Assembly: GCA_903834195.1 (NCBI GenBank)
Contig: CAILIB010000029.1
Coordinates: 7,715 to 71,714, forward strand
Direction: 5' to 3'
From: an uncultured Candidatus Berkelbacteria bacterium
Lineage (GTDB): Bacteria > Patescibacteriota > UBA1384 > CAILIB01
DNA: 64,000 nucleotides
Shown: one piece after another, positions 47,330 through 57,917 of the stretch
Layout of the letters: the number at the start of each line of letters is the position of its first letter
Position numbering within the stretch: position 1 is the first letter of the stretch
Notes under the pieces: generated by a model
Seen by the model: only the letters and a program-made list of their open reading frames with translations
Databases searched by the model: none
Told to the model about the DNA's origin: nothing
Position numbers and translations under genes: made by a program

Positions 47330-48958
47330 ATGGCTACCCAGTTCCGCACGATTATCGTTACCGGTGGCATCGTCTCAGGCATAGGCAAAGGAATAACAGC
47401 GGCATCGCTTGGACGCCTTTTACAAAATCGCGGGTTTACCGTTTTTCCTGTAAAAGCAGACCCCTACCTAAACCGAGACGCTGGCACAATGAATCCCTTC
47501 CAACACGGGGAGGTGTTTGTCACCAACGACGGTGCTGAAACAGATCTCGATCTCGGTCACTACGAACGTTTTTTGAACATCAATTTGAGTCGGCTGGCCA
47601 ACTTCACCAGCGGAGCTGTTTTTCATACAGTTATGGAGCAAGAACGTGAAGGTGACTACCTAGGCGAAGATATTCAAATTATTCCCCATGTTACCGATGA
47701 AATTAAGCGTCGCATTTACGAAGCCGGAAAAGCGAGTAAAGCCGATTTTCTCTCGGTAGAAATTGGTGGCACTGTAGGTGATATCGAAGCCCTACCCTTC
47801 CTCGAAGCTATCCGACAATTTCGCGATGAAAACCGCGACCGCACTGTGCATGTGCACGTGGTTAAAATGGATTATCTCTACCCATCCGATGAGGGTAAGA
47901 CAAAACCAATTCAGCACGCGGTTATTAGTGTGCGCTCACATGGATTGCAGCCTGATATTTTAGTTGTTCGCTGCAAGCGTCCCCTGGCACCTCACGAAAA
48001 AGAGAAGATTGCCCTATTTTGTGGAGTTTCTCCTGAATACATTATTCCCGCCATGGACGCCGAGTCCCTCTATGCAATTCCAGAAAATATGGAGGAGGCC
48101 GGGTTTGCTACAGCTGTTCTCGATCACTTTGGTGTGAAACCTAAACATGCACCAAATGGTGCAGCAGCTCGATGGGCAGCTATGCGGAAAAATGAGCGAA
48201 CCCGTAAAGGCACTATTCGCGTAGGTCTTGCAGGTAAGTATATAACGTCCAGCGATGCATACCTTTCAGTAATTGAAGCGGTTAAACATGCAGGTATTCG
48301 TCACCGCGTTCACACTGAAATTATTCCAATTGATACCGAAGAGCCAGGTTTGGCCGATAAAGTTCGTCGCGTAGATGCCCTCATTGTTCCAGGTGGATTT
48401 GGCGCCCGTGGTGTTGAAGGTAAAATCCTCGCTATTGCCACAGCCCGTAAGAACAAAATCCCCTTCTTGGGCATTTGTCTTGGCTTGCAAATGGCAGTCG
48501 TCGAGTATGCCCGCTCAGTTGCCAAACTAAGTAGTGCCACTAGTCAAGAATTTGACGAAAAAGCACTTCATAAAGTCATCGCATTCCTTCCTGGCCAGGA
48601 AGACATTCACCGTAAAGGAGGCACAATGCGCCTCGGTTCCTACCCTACCCTACTTAAGTCTGGAAGTATGGCCGAAAAACTTTACAAAAAGTATCGTCCC
48701 GACGAGATCGTTGACCATGTAATAAATGAGCGCCACCGTCATCGTTACGAGGTTAACCCAGAGTATCAAGACGCCCTTATTAAGGCTGGACTCATTATTT
48801 CTGGAACCCTCCCCGAACGCGGTCTTGTTGAATTTATCGAACTACCAAAAGAAGTCCACCCATACTTTATTGCTACACAGGCCCATCCAGAGTTCCGCAG
48901 CCGTCCTGATGAGCCTCACCCACTTTTTGCCGGACTTATAGAGGCTGCACAAAAGTAA
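47330..48958 (+). CDS. pyrG: CTP synthase
   Basis: VTGGIVSGIGKG, DPYLN..GTMNP, GICLG, ERHRHRYE, QAHPE. Confidence 0.98.
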   Translation: MATQFRTIIVTGGIVSGIGKGITAASLGRLLQNRGFTVFPVKADPYLNRDAGTMNPFQHGEVFVTNDGAETDLDLGHYERFLNINLSRLANFTSGAVFHTVMEQEREGDYLGEDIQIIPHVTDEIKRRIYEAGKASKADFLSVEIGGTVGDIEALPFLEAIRQFRDENRDRTVHVHVVKMDYLYPSDEGKTKPIQHAVISVRSHGLQPDILVVRCKRPLAPHEKEKIALFCGVSPEYIIPAMDAESLYAIPENMEEAGFATAVLDHFGVKPKHAPNGAAARWAAMRKNERTRKGTIRVGLAGKYITSSDAYLSVIEAVKHAGIRHRVHTEIIPIDTEEPGLADKVRRVDALIVPGGFGARGVEGKILAIATARKNKIPFLGICLGLQMAVVEYARSVAKLSSATSQEFDEKALHKVIAFLPGQEDIHRKGGTMRLGSYPTLLKSGSMAEKLYKKYRPDEIVDHVINERHRHRYEVNPEYQDALIKAGLIISGTLPERGLVEFIELPKEVHPYFIATQAHPEFRSRPDEPHPLFAGLIEAAQK

Positions 48959-49055
48959 AACGCCCTCACACCGGGTAGGTGCAAGGGCGGTCGAGGGAAG
49001 GCGGCGATCATGCCATCTTCACGAGGATAGTTCGCTGAATAGAACGAGAATATTC

Positions 49056-49937
49056 TCAACTATTTCTTCGTCGTTCCTCCAGGGCACTCTTAGCCTTTTT
49101 TTCAAGTTTGTACTTCTGTAGCGAGTCAAAGTAACGAACAGGTTGTCGAGGCGGGTCGATAGCTTGGTCATTGTAACAAACTTCCTCTCCTAAAAGCGGA
49201 ATGCGCTTAGGGAGTAGAATTGTTCCGAGTACATAATCCGGGATTGCAATCCCCCAGAATCCAACAATCGCCATATTTGTCTGTTCATTCCAGTGATGAA
49301 TCAGGTGAAAAGTGTACGTTCGTCGAACGAACTTACTTCTTTCTAAGCCCTTCTTCCAGAACTTATCAAATGGCAGGTGCAAAATTGCATGCCAAATTTC
49401 ATAGTAAGAGTAATACACCGTAACGGCCACTAGAAATCCGATCCATATCGGAGCATTTGGAAAAAAGATCGAAAACGGGATTCCAAGAGTTACTGCAAAG
49501 ATAAGATAGAAGACCTGAAGGCTCCAGAAAGGGAAGTGCATCGCTTTTTCCTGCTCTCTGAGGGTAATAGGATATATGAAACGTAAAACTCGAACGAGCT
49601 TTGTAGGATTTTTACGATCGACAGGCACATACGCAGGCGTTAGCCCATGGTGCAGAGTATGCGCAACGTACTGGGAACGAAGAAACGGAATAACCACTGC
49701 ATGTAAGACATACCTGTGGTAAAAGTACTCAAAGAAACTGAGTGGAATACCCATGAGAAGTGCAACTCCGAGAATCGGGCCTATCCCCATTCCCAATTCA
49801 ACATGCAATCGATTTGGTGCTAACTTCCAGAACAGTCCGACTGGTACCGAAATATTCAGTACCAAAGAGATAATGAATCTCACCCAAGGAAATCCCTTGG
49901 ACTTCTCCTCAAGTGACGATAAAGTGTGATTGCTCAT
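49056..49937 (-). CDS. Fatty acid hydroxylase/sterol desaturase superfamily membrane di-iron enzyme
   Basis: Four His boxes EYFYHRYVLH, HTLHH, YEIWHAILH, HLIHH plus D..LGT; GGAG SD. Confidence 0.75.
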   Translation of the reverse strand: MSNHTLSSLEEKSKGFPWVRFIISLVLNISVPVGLFWKLAPNRLHVELGMGIGPILGVALLMGIPLSFFEYFYHRYVLHAVVIPFLRSQYVAHTLHHGLTPAYVPVDRKNPTKLVRVLRFIYPITLREQEKAMHFPFWSLQVFYLIFAVTLGIPFSIFFPNAPIWIGFLVAVTVYYSYYEIWHAILHLPFDKFWKKGLERSKFVRRTYTFHLIHHWNEQTNMAIVGFWGIAIPDYVLGTILLPKRIPLLGEEVCYNDQAIDPPRQPVRYFDSLQKYKLEKKAKSALEERRRNS

Positions 49938-50020
49938 TAAAATGTCTCCAAATTGGCAAAGTACAAACCCACTATGCACTATCAACAGAGTAACACAGAT
50001 CACCAAATGTAAATCAAGAC

Positions 50021-51584
50021 CTATTTGGCGACAAATCCCAAACTATTCTGAACAATTGTCGTAACATCTTTTGCAGTATTAATATCGTAGACACCTGTAA
50101 GGAGGCGATTATTATCCGGAAGAACTGGCAGATTAGCCCCAAAATACTGCTGAAAAACTACCCGAAACGTATTCACTGACGTAATGGTCGGATAGAGTAA
50201 CGAATAGTTTTTATCTGGAAAATAAAACGCATTCAGAATAGAGTACTTCTCCTCAAACGACTGAGGAACTGCATCAACTGATGACGGAGCATCATACTTC
50301 AGCTCATTCCCCTCATCCGACTGCACAATAATAATTGGCGGCGTCGCCGACTTTTTTTGAATCTGCTCAACCATTGCCAAAATAGTCTTATTCGCACAAC
50401 GAACCTGGTTCAAATATGCTTCCTGATTATTATCGGCATACCCTTTACCTGAAACGTCCTGGCAATTTGCCCCATATACATTCGGCGCATGTGGCAGAAG
50501 AATATGAGCAAATACAAATTTAGGACCAAAATTTTGACCGGCAAGATTCGTCACAGACTCTACCTGATTCGGCACCGTACTCGTATCTTGAGAAACTGGA
50601 TACAACTGATTCATCACCGGTTGAAGAATCGTGTTATCTACTAAGAAATGATCGGCAAAAAGCGGCAGATTAAGAAGATCAGGTTGTGCTTGAAAATTAG
50701 TTGTAGCCTCAATATTTGATCGAGTTGGATTCCACCATGAACCAACCTGGTAGAACTTATATCCGCTATTTTTCAGAGCTGATACAACTGCATTCTTCTG
50801 AATCAGACTTTCAAGTAAAACCGGATCGTAGCTTTTACTGGTAGCAATATTTGTAAATGATTTCAAATAGTTCAGGTTGAAAATCGAATCAATTGAATGC
50901 AGTGAGCCAAAGTAATTACTCGTACTGTTAGAGGCTACATAAAACCCTTTATCAGCTAATGCCTGAGTAAAACTACTATCGTCAAAACCATACAAGTCGT
51001 TCAGTGCACGTGGTCCAGTGTATTCATCAAACATCAAGAAATAGATATCAGGTTGAGATGCAGTAGAAAGAACTGGAACTTGTTGCACAGTCAACGCACG
51101 TGAAGTCTCAGCAAAGCCAAATGCAGCTTGGGCAAGTGAAACCGCAATAAGCAACACCGCAAGCATGTTCAAGAACTTAAACGTTTTGATTTCTACCGTT
51201 GCACGAAGAGTGCGCCAAATAAGTACCACAGCAAGCACAAGAACTAATATCGGCACCCCGTGAAATGGTGTAATTAGGTTCAATAATGGGATGCTACTGA
51301 TCGTCTGGGAAATAATTGCGTAGAGCAAAACCACAAGGACGCATATGGTTGAAACAATACCTCGATGGGCAGTATCTTTAATCCAAAACGAGAGCATTCC
51401 CTGAATCAGTGCTGTAAGTAACACCACAATCAGTACAGTCAAAAAGTACTGATAAAAATGTTGCCTCAAAGTAACTTGAACTCAAGTATCCAGCTACAGT
51501 GGTTAGTGCGAAAAGATATGGAAGCGCCGGAAATAATCTCCACATTCCTGAAATAGCGCGCGAATTTAATATTTTTTTCACCAT
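50021..51584 (-). pseudogene. Frameshifted membrane sulfatase-like gene (paralog of 34476-36245)
   Basis: Upstream frame MVKKIL...EATFLSVL joins downstream frame LTVLIVVLL... if one base is removed from the A5 run at 51441-51445; PDIYFLMFDEY, AHILLPH, QSDEG. Confidence 0.7.
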
Positions 51585-51713
51585 GTCTTCGGTTACTAAT
51601 ATCTGTATGCTACATATTCTTTTCTGAAAAATAAATAACCAGCTCCAGAATTCATATTTTTTGTAATAGTGTCCGCTTCTGCTATTCTTTAAAGACATAG
51701 AAGGGAGTCTCAT

Positions 51714-52982
51714 ATGACAAGTCGATCATCAACTATCATTGACCCAATTTACGATCGAGTACCGTTTAATCGGGCACTCAACGTCGTTGGACATCATTTA
51801 TTCCAGCTATTGAAAGGGAAACAGCAACTCGGACAGGCGCTCGAAGTCTTCCCAAGTGGCTCAATTACTCGACAAGCGCACAGCTTCGGCGTTGCATACA
51901 TCGTACTTCTGCGAATGTCACGACTCCTTACTGAAGGTAAATGCACTGAACAGGACGTTCAAAACGCCTACCTCGCAGGATTACTTCACGACATTGGCCA
52001 TTGGCCGCTTTCACACCTGCCGGAAGCAATTCTTGGCAGCCACAGCAAACGTGGAATTCGGCTCATACTATCCGACTTACGAGAAGCAATTATTGCCGAT
52101 GGTGGTCAACCTGAAGTTATCGTTGAGATTCTAGAAAGTAAGCATTGGCTCAGTCCACTCGTGGTCAAAAGCATCGTTTCGGGAGATAAAATCGACTACA
52201 TGGCTCGAGATGTACACCATATTTCTGGTGAAAATCACTCAATTCTAAAAGGGTTCCGAGTCGACTACATTGGTATTAGCCCTGAAAACGGTATTTACGT
52301 TGATCAGCGTTACATTAACGAAGTAACCGATCTAATTACCCTGTTTTGGAGTAAATACATTGATATTTATTACGATCCACCTTTGCGGGCAGTTGAGCGA
52401 TTCACTGAACAACTTATCTGGCTTGGCTTTGCTGCAATACCAGAATTACGTGAGGAAGCTGAGTACACTGGTGATAGCTACCTTCTCGGTAGTATCCAAC
52501 GGTTCGCCTACAAACACCCGGAAAGTGAACTTGCAATCAGACAAAATTTGATCAACTCACGAAAGCACCCATTTATCGGATATTGCTTCTCAATGCAACC
52601 AGATGCAGCAATTGCTCGCAGTCACCAGAGAGTTGTGAAAATGGATAAAGACGTCATACTTCGTAGTTCAAGATGGACTCCGGAAGAAGTTACTCGTCGA
52701 GAACACCTTCTCGCGAATGCGCTCAATGTTGATCCTTGGCAACTGAGTATATGTAGTTCACCAGATTTCTCACGTTGGAGCATTCCGAAACTCCTCATTC
52801 GTTCTATAGATGGAACGTATAAAGATGTAAGTGTCGTTGTGCCGGCACTAAAATCAGTATCGGAATACAAGACCGCACTAGGCTGCACAATCTTGGTTAA
52901 CTTTGCAAGTGAGATTCATGAGCGCATGGTCTCAGACAAAAAGGTGCAAAAGATTGTTACTGAAATCATTACAACCCCTTAG
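51714..52982 (+). CDS. HD-domain phosphohydrolase (SAMHD1/dNTPase-like)
   Basis: IIDPIY, Q.L....QLG....FP, R..HSFGV, LLHDIGH.P.SH..E, DKIDYMARD. Confidence 0.85.
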   Translation: MTSRSSTIIDPIYDRVPFNRALNVVGHHLFQLLKGKQQLGQALEVFPSGSITRQAHSFGVAYIVLLRMSRLLTEGKCTEQDVQNAYLAGLLHDIGHWPLSHLPEAILGSHSKRGIRLILSDLREAIIADGGQPEVIVEILESKHWLSPLVVKSIVSGDKIDYMARDVHHISGENHSILKGFRVDYIGISPENGIYVDQRYINEVTDLITLFWSKYIDIYYDPPLRAVERFTEQLIWLGFAAIPELREEAEYTGDSYLLGSIQRFAYKHPESELAIRQNLINSRKHPFIGYCFSMQPDAAIARSHQRVVKMDKDVILRSSRWTPEEVTRREHLLANALNVDPWQLSICSSPDFSRWSIPKLLIRSIDGTYKDVSVVVPALKSVSEYKTALGCTILVNFASEIHERMVSDKKVQKIVTEIITTP

Positions 52983-53016
52983 TTACAAATCTGCCAGCTG
53001 TGATACCATTAATGTA

Positions 53017-54378
53017 ATGAACAAAGAAGTTGTTGAGTACATCAAGAAAAGCATGGACGACGGCTTTTCTGTTCCAGCAATAATTGCAGAACTCCAGAAG
53101 AGCGGTCACACCGAAGCTGATATTGACGCTGGATTTCGCCACGCTTCTCACTCAAAATCTGAGCCAACTCCCCGTAAAGCGACTCTTGAACACAATCAAG
53201 ATGCAACAAAAGTCTTTACAGTTATCGGAGGAGTACTCGTTGTTGTAGCCATCCTCATCGTAATTATTACCCAGTGGGATTCAGCTGGTTCACTCGGTCA
53301 CATCCTCTTTTCAGGTATTCCAACCTTTCTCCTCCTTGGTTTAGCCTTCTATTACTGGGAAACAAATACCTATAAAGTTCTTCGAGATGGCAGCCTCATA
53401 ACTGGCTGTATTCTTTTCCCATTTTTTGTCGGAGTACTTCTTTCAGAACTGTCATTATTTAGCGATAATACTCAGCTATTCTTTTTGACTATCTTCTTGG
53501 CAAGCTCAGCATTAACCGCCCTTCTCGAGTTCTCAGGTCGAAAACCAATTCTCAGCATCCTTACTCTTATTAGTGCGTATGGACTTGCAATTAATATTTT
53601 CGAATTTTTTGACACAAGCTTCACCACCAATCTCTGGCATTTCTTAACGATTTTCTCGATTGCAATTAGTGCATTGGGTATATACCTCCTCAAGAAGAAA
53701 CACCAAAGTGCAGATACCTATGCAGCAGCTGGCATCGTATTAACTGCAGCTTCAATCCCAGCTTCGGTGTTTGCAATCCTCACTGGAGGAGATTGGGGAG
53801 TAACTAGTGCAACATTTGTGTACACAACGGCAATACTTGGTCTTCTCTACCTCTACGGTAGTGTTTTGTTATATAAATTGAACCAGCATTTTCATAGTCA
53901 CGGCATACACAGCGCAAAACGACTCATTGAGGAAGTTGCAGTATTTATGGTTCTCATTCCTTTTGTTGCTGAAGGTATAAACGATGGATTATACGCAATT
54001 TTAGCTCTTATACTCTGCTTTGCCGCTATTATACTGAGCATACCAATTCGACTGCGCGCACTCTTCCCCATGGGACTTGTAGGGGTTGTTGTCAGTATCA
54101 TTTGCATTGGTACACAGTACTTTGCTAATTCAATTAGTTGGCCACTCGCAGTACTTCTTGCTGGCTTTGCGATGTTTGGCATTGGGTATGCCATCCGTAG
54201 TGTTAAAGAAAAGGGGAAGTTACTCTTTAAAAACTTCAGGTACTTTGGACTTGGTGAAAGCCCTCACGAAGAAAAACTTGCCCAACAACAGTTTTCTTGT
54301 GTGCGAGTATTACTATTTCTCCTGGCCATTCCATTCATTCTTGCGTTTATCTTTCGTCTAATGTATTTCAGCTTTTAA
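53017..54378 (+). CDS. Polytopic membrane protein (DUF2157-like)
   Basis: Small N-terminal helical domain, IGG.LV.......QW, about 12 TM helices. Confidence 0.65.
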   Translation: MNKEVVEYIKKSMDDGFSVPAIIAELQKSGHTEADIDAGFRHASHSKSEPTPRKATLEHNQDATKVFTVIGGVLVVVAILIVIITQWDSAGSLGHILFSGIPTFLLLGLAFYYWETNTYKVLRDGSLITGCILFPFFVGVLLSELSLFSDNTQLFFLTIFLASSALTALLEFSGRKPILSILTLISAYGLAINIFEFFDTSFTTNLWHFLTIFSIAISALGIYLLKKKHQSADTYAAAGIVLTAASIPASVFAILTGGDWGVTSATFVYTTAILGLLYLYGSVLLYKLNQHFHSHGIHSAKRLIEEVAVFMVLIPFVAEGINDGLYAILALILCFAAIILSIPIRLRALFPMGLVGVVVSIICIGTQYFANSISWPLAVLLAGFAMFGIGYAIRSVKEKGKLLFKNFRYFGLGESPHEEKLAQQQFSCVRVLLFLLAIPFILAFIFRLMYFSF

Positions 54379-54604
54379 AAGAAGGTTGCACCACGTATGG
54401 GCAACCTTCGAGGTCGAGCACCTATCCTTATTTCTTGGCCGCCTCACCAATCCAGTGCCCCAGCCAACCATTCATTTCTGGCAGGTCTTTGAGTTCAAGG
54501 ATTTTTTGGAGCTCAAGAGTAACATCTCATCAGGCGCAATTACCCAGAGAAATATAGTTGACAATGTTAAAAATACATGACATTGTGTTAAAAATAGTTT
54601 GCAT

Positions 54605-54817
54605 ATGTCCCAACCAAGCCTGACAACTAACATCCGCCAACTCCGTCTCATGGCCAACATGACCCAGGAGGAGCTTGCTGATGCAGTTGGGGCAGTTCGC
54701 CAAACTATTGCCTATCTGGAAAAGGGTGAATACATGCCCTCCCTTGCTCTAGCCTGGCGCATAGCACAGATATTTAATAAATCTATTGAGGAGGTTTTTA
54801 CCTTCACAATTCTATGA
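54605..54817 (+). CDS. XRE-family HTH transcriptional regulator
   Basis: IRQLR..MTQEELA..VG..RQTI..LEKGEY.PSL.LA. Confidence 0.9.
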   Translation: MSQPSLTTNIRQLRLMANMTQEELADAVGAVRQTIAYLEKGEYMPSLALAWRIAQIFNKSIEEVFTFTIL

Positions 54818-55710
54818 ACACCATTAAGCTTGCCCTTGCTCGCCTTCGCGTTAGTCTGACCGTGGTTAAATCCCACAAAGTCCTGATCTGGTTCGCCATC
54901 ATCAACATTCTCCTTTTTGTTGCAGTTCTTGGTGTAGCAGGATGGAGTGTTGGTAACATGCCGATTCCAAGTGACTACTTCGCGCAACAATCAGCTATTG
55001 GCGCAGTATTTCTCGCAGTCTTTTTTATACTCAACCTGATCGGGATATTTTTCGCTGCCACTTTCTTTAGCGCGGCAAGTACTGCACTTGCAGGTGAAAA
55101 GGTGAGATTCAGTGAAGCATTTGGTGCTGCATGGGCACGTCGCAAATACCTGGCGCAATGGTGGCTGTTCACCAGTGGAATCTTTATTGTGATTTTTATA
55201 ATCCAGTTTGGCTTAGAAAAAGTCCTTTCTGTATTTGGTAAAGGCGCAAGTACTCTAATTTCCACTCTTACCGGCGGTGTTTTACAGACTGGCTGGAGCC
55301 TTGCAGCCTACTTTGCAGTTCCTGTAATTATGACTCATCCAGATTCACCAATCCCAACTATTAAACGCTCAGCAAGCCTCTTTAAAAGAAGTTTTGGGGA
55401 AGATGTAACCGCTCAAGGAAGCTTATTCTTGCTTGGTGTATTTATTTTCTGGCTGTCAGGATGTCTAGTAGGACTGATTAACTTCACTATTTTTACCATA
55501 AATCCTGCTATCGATACGTTAATATTTGGCATAGTTGCTGGATCAATATTTGGCACCGTCTTGGCCACACTGGTCATTATCGGAACAACTACCCGAGCAG
55601 TGTTTTACGCATCTTTGTACCGTTTTGCTGAAACAGGCGATTATGTTGGACCATTTAATCAAGAGATTATTTCCGGAGCTTTTGCAAAGAAAAAGACTAA
55701 GTTCTTTTAA
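54814..55710 (+). CDS. Conserved membrane protein (about 5-6 TM)
   Basis: Hydrophobic pattern; [21 protein letters not shown]. Confidence 0.7.
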   Translation: MNTIKLALARLRVSLTVVKSHKVLIWFAIINILLFVAVLGVAGWSVGNMPIPSDYFAQQSAIGAVFLAVFFILNLIGIFFAATFFSAASTALAGEKVRFSEAFGAAWARRKYLAQWWLFTSGIFIVIFIIQFGLEKVLSVFGKGASTLISTLTGGVLQTGWSLAAYFAVPVIMTHPDSPIPTIKRSASLFKRSFGEDVTAQGSLFLLGVFIFWLSGCLVGLINFTIFTINPAIDTLIFGIVAGSIFGTVLATLVIIGTTTRAVFYASLYRFAETGDYVGPFNQEIISGAFAKKKTKFF

Positions 55711-55724
55711 ACGGATAAAAAATT

Positions 55725-55751
55725 AGCTCCGGGTAGTATGCCGGAGCTTTT
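55725..55751. terminator. Terminator between convergent genes
   Basis: AGCTCCGG-8 nt-CCGGAGCT-TTT. Confidence 0.7.
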
Positions 55752-55769
55752 CGAATTCGCAGGGTTGCG

Positions 55770-56249
55770 TCATTTCATCCCAGAGATCTTGTGAATAACC
55801 CGCAACTTATCCTCAGGCTGTTTCGAAGATCTCTTTAGCGCAAGAATCATCAAGTTGAGACATTGGTCGACACTCAGCTCTTGCCGCTTCGGAAGTGAAG
55901 CGCCCATACCTCTTGGCATAGCTCTCAACTCACGCATGGATGGAGGGTTCGCAGCAAACTGTTTGATCACATCTGGCTTATGCACAATTGTAATTGTCCT
56001 ACTGCCTTCCTTTCCACGTTTCCCCATAGGGTTCTCAAGTATTGAAACCGGCGTGCTTCGTTGGAGTATTTTTTGTAATATTCCAAGGTGACAAAGCTCC
56101 AATACATACTCTGAATCTGCATTGTTGTCATGACCTGGATATGTTGGATACCTATGGTTATTCCAATACCAGACCTCTCCATGTATTTCCATAGTTTTCA
56201 GAATATTCAAACAAATATTCTGAATATGTTGCTGAGAAGTATAATTCAT
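55770..56249 (-). CDS. Hypothetical protein
   Basis: 159-codon ORF preceded by GAGGATAGGGA. Confidence 0.6.
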   Translation of the reverse strand: MNYTSQQHIQNICLNILKTMEIHGEVWYWNNHRYPTYPGHDNNADSEYVLELCHLGILQKILQRSTPVSILENPMGKRGKEGSRTITIVHKPDVIKQFAANPPSMRELRAMPRGMGASLPKRQELSVDQCLNLMILALKRSSKQPEDKLRVIHKISGMK

Positions 56250-56358
56250 TCCCTATCCTCCTGCCCTTTGGCTACCAGCTGTGTATATCAGAAAAAAGCA
56301 CCAGGAAAAACAAAAAAGGGACGCATTGCGTAAAACAATGTATCCCTCAGGGGAGCGG

Positions 56359-56751
56359 CTATTTCTTCACCGCCCCGATAATGTATCCGTGATATGTTGG
56401 CTGGTCTGACCCGGTGCAGGACATCCAATATATCCTGTACTTCCGATCAGAGAGTTTCGACCTTAGAAAGTGCCCGTGCACTTTCTTGCCTGAAACTTGG
56501 ACCTTCCACCCTTTCTGTTGGTGGACAAATTCACATCCGTCCTCGATGGCGGTACTAAACCGAAGTTCAATTCCTTTCGAGTCGACAGGAATGAGGTATT
56601 TCCCCTCAATCCTTACCATTCCTGCAATCTGCTCGGAAGCAGGCGCCGGTCCAGTCTCGATTGGCATTCGCATGCCGTGAAGAAGACGACTATTCTGCGC
56701 GAATCCCATTGCCGAAATCGCCATCAGGGCGATAAGAGTAAATAATTTCAT
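56359..56751 (-). CDS. Hypothetical secreted protein
   Basis: TAAGGAGG SD, signal peptide MKLFTLIALMAISAMGFA. Confidence 0.7.
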   Translation of the reverse strand: MKLFTLIALMAISAMGFAQNSRLLHGMRMPIETGPAPASEQIAGMVRIEGKYLIPVDSKGIELRFSTAIEDGCEFVHQQKGWKVQVSGKKVHGHFLRSKLSDRKYRIYWMSCTGSDQPTYHGYIIGAVKK

Positions 56752-56838
56752 GTTGCCTCCTTAGGGCAGCGCTTTTCACCAGGTCGCCCTGTAAAAGCTG
56801 ATGGCCAATACTACCACAAATTGACCAAAATGTCAATC

Positions 56839-57246
56839 CTATGTACGGGATCACCCTCAATGAGACTTTGTTAGTGTTTCTAAGTATTGCAGCGGCGAGA
56901 GCCGCTGTCCAGCGGGACCTAAGGCCCGGTGGACACGTTTAGAATTGTAGAAGGTAAGCCAGGTTTCTAATTGAAGATTAAAGATCTCTGGCTCAAGGGC
57001 TAGGCTCTGCTTGTGCCAGTCTCAAAACTCTTCCTGAATCGTGCGGTTGAATCGTTCAATCCAGCCTTGGTACTTCGGTTGTTTCACCCAGTTGTGGAAG
57101 TGAATGAGAGAGGCAGCTTCTGCTGCCTCTCTAAACTCTTTCATGAATTCCGAACCATTGTCTGTTTGGATGTGTGAGATGGGAAATGGTGCCCGTCTCA
57201 GAAGTTCTGAAAGGAAGTTTGCTCCGTTCCTTGAGGAAGCTGAAAC
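56839..57246 (-). mobile_element. IS481-like (rve/DDE) transposase remnant, 3-prime part with stops
   Basis: Manual translation: PFPISHIQTDNGSEF...IERFNRTIQEEF*DWH...YNSKRVHRALG...SPLQYL; possible terminal TGT at 56842. Confidence 0.85.
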
Positions 57247-57312
57247 TAAACGTAACTTTGATGACGTGATAAAATAGTAAAGTAATCAAAGTATAATCAT
57301 TGCGTTAATTTT

Positions 57313-57894
57313 ATGGAAAAACATCCAAATCCAAAACGTGCATACACTGTAGCGGTGATTCTTATTTTACTCATCGCAGGTGGAGCCTACCTGTTTGTTC
57401 ATTCAAAAGCAGATGATTCTTCCACATCTACCGCCACCGTTGTAACAACAAGTACACCCGTACCTACAACAACATATACCAACACTGCATACGGCTTCTC
57501 ATTGAAGTATCCAAAAGCCTATACATTGAGTGGGGTTAGCGCCTTCCCAAGTATTACTGAGATTACACCTACTTCTACGTCCTTAGTTGTTACAACAACA
57601 CCTAACACCACAGAAGATTATTCTGGAATTTTTAACCTGAACACTGTAGACAACTTAACCAACTTTACACAATCAGGTGTAGTTACATTTGAATATAATG
57701 GCAAGGAACCTCTTACAGGTGTAACGAGCACTAGTACAACCATTGGTGGGAAACAAGCCTATAAAGTTACTGACACCGCAAGTGTTTCAAAATCAACTAC
57801 GTACTATGTAAAAAACAGCAAAACTGTTTTACAGATTAATGTACAAGATAACAATTCAGCCGCTTCAGATATTCTTGCCAGTATTTCGTTCTAG
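57313..57894 (+). CDS. Membrane-anchored Thr/Ser-rich protein (PsbP-like motif)
   Basis: N-terminal TM, T/S linker, YTNTAYGFSLKYP, TIGGKQA, ILASISF. Confidence 0.65.
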   Translation: MEKHPNPKRAYTVAVILILLIAGGAYLFVHSKADDSSTSTATVVTTSTPVPTTTYTNTAYGFSLKYPKAYTLSGVSAFPSITEITPTSTSLVVTTTPNTTEDYSGIFNLNTVDNLTNFTQSGVVTFEYNGKEPLTGVTSTSTTIGGKQAYKVTDTASVSKSTTYYVKNSKTVLQINVQDNNSAASDILASISF

Positions 57895-57917
57895 AAAATC
57901 TTTAGAATTCACTTGCC

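Noticed and set aside
54480..54540. Minus-strand CTGATGAG resembling a second hammerhead core
   Set aside because: No stem II closed by a following GAAA and no compatible stems I/III found
54386..54580. 64-aa ORF faintly like a Y1/RAYT transposase fragment (HHVW..LS.F.GRL..HFWQ)
   Set aside because: No HUH motif or catalytic Tyr; similarity too weak to call without a search
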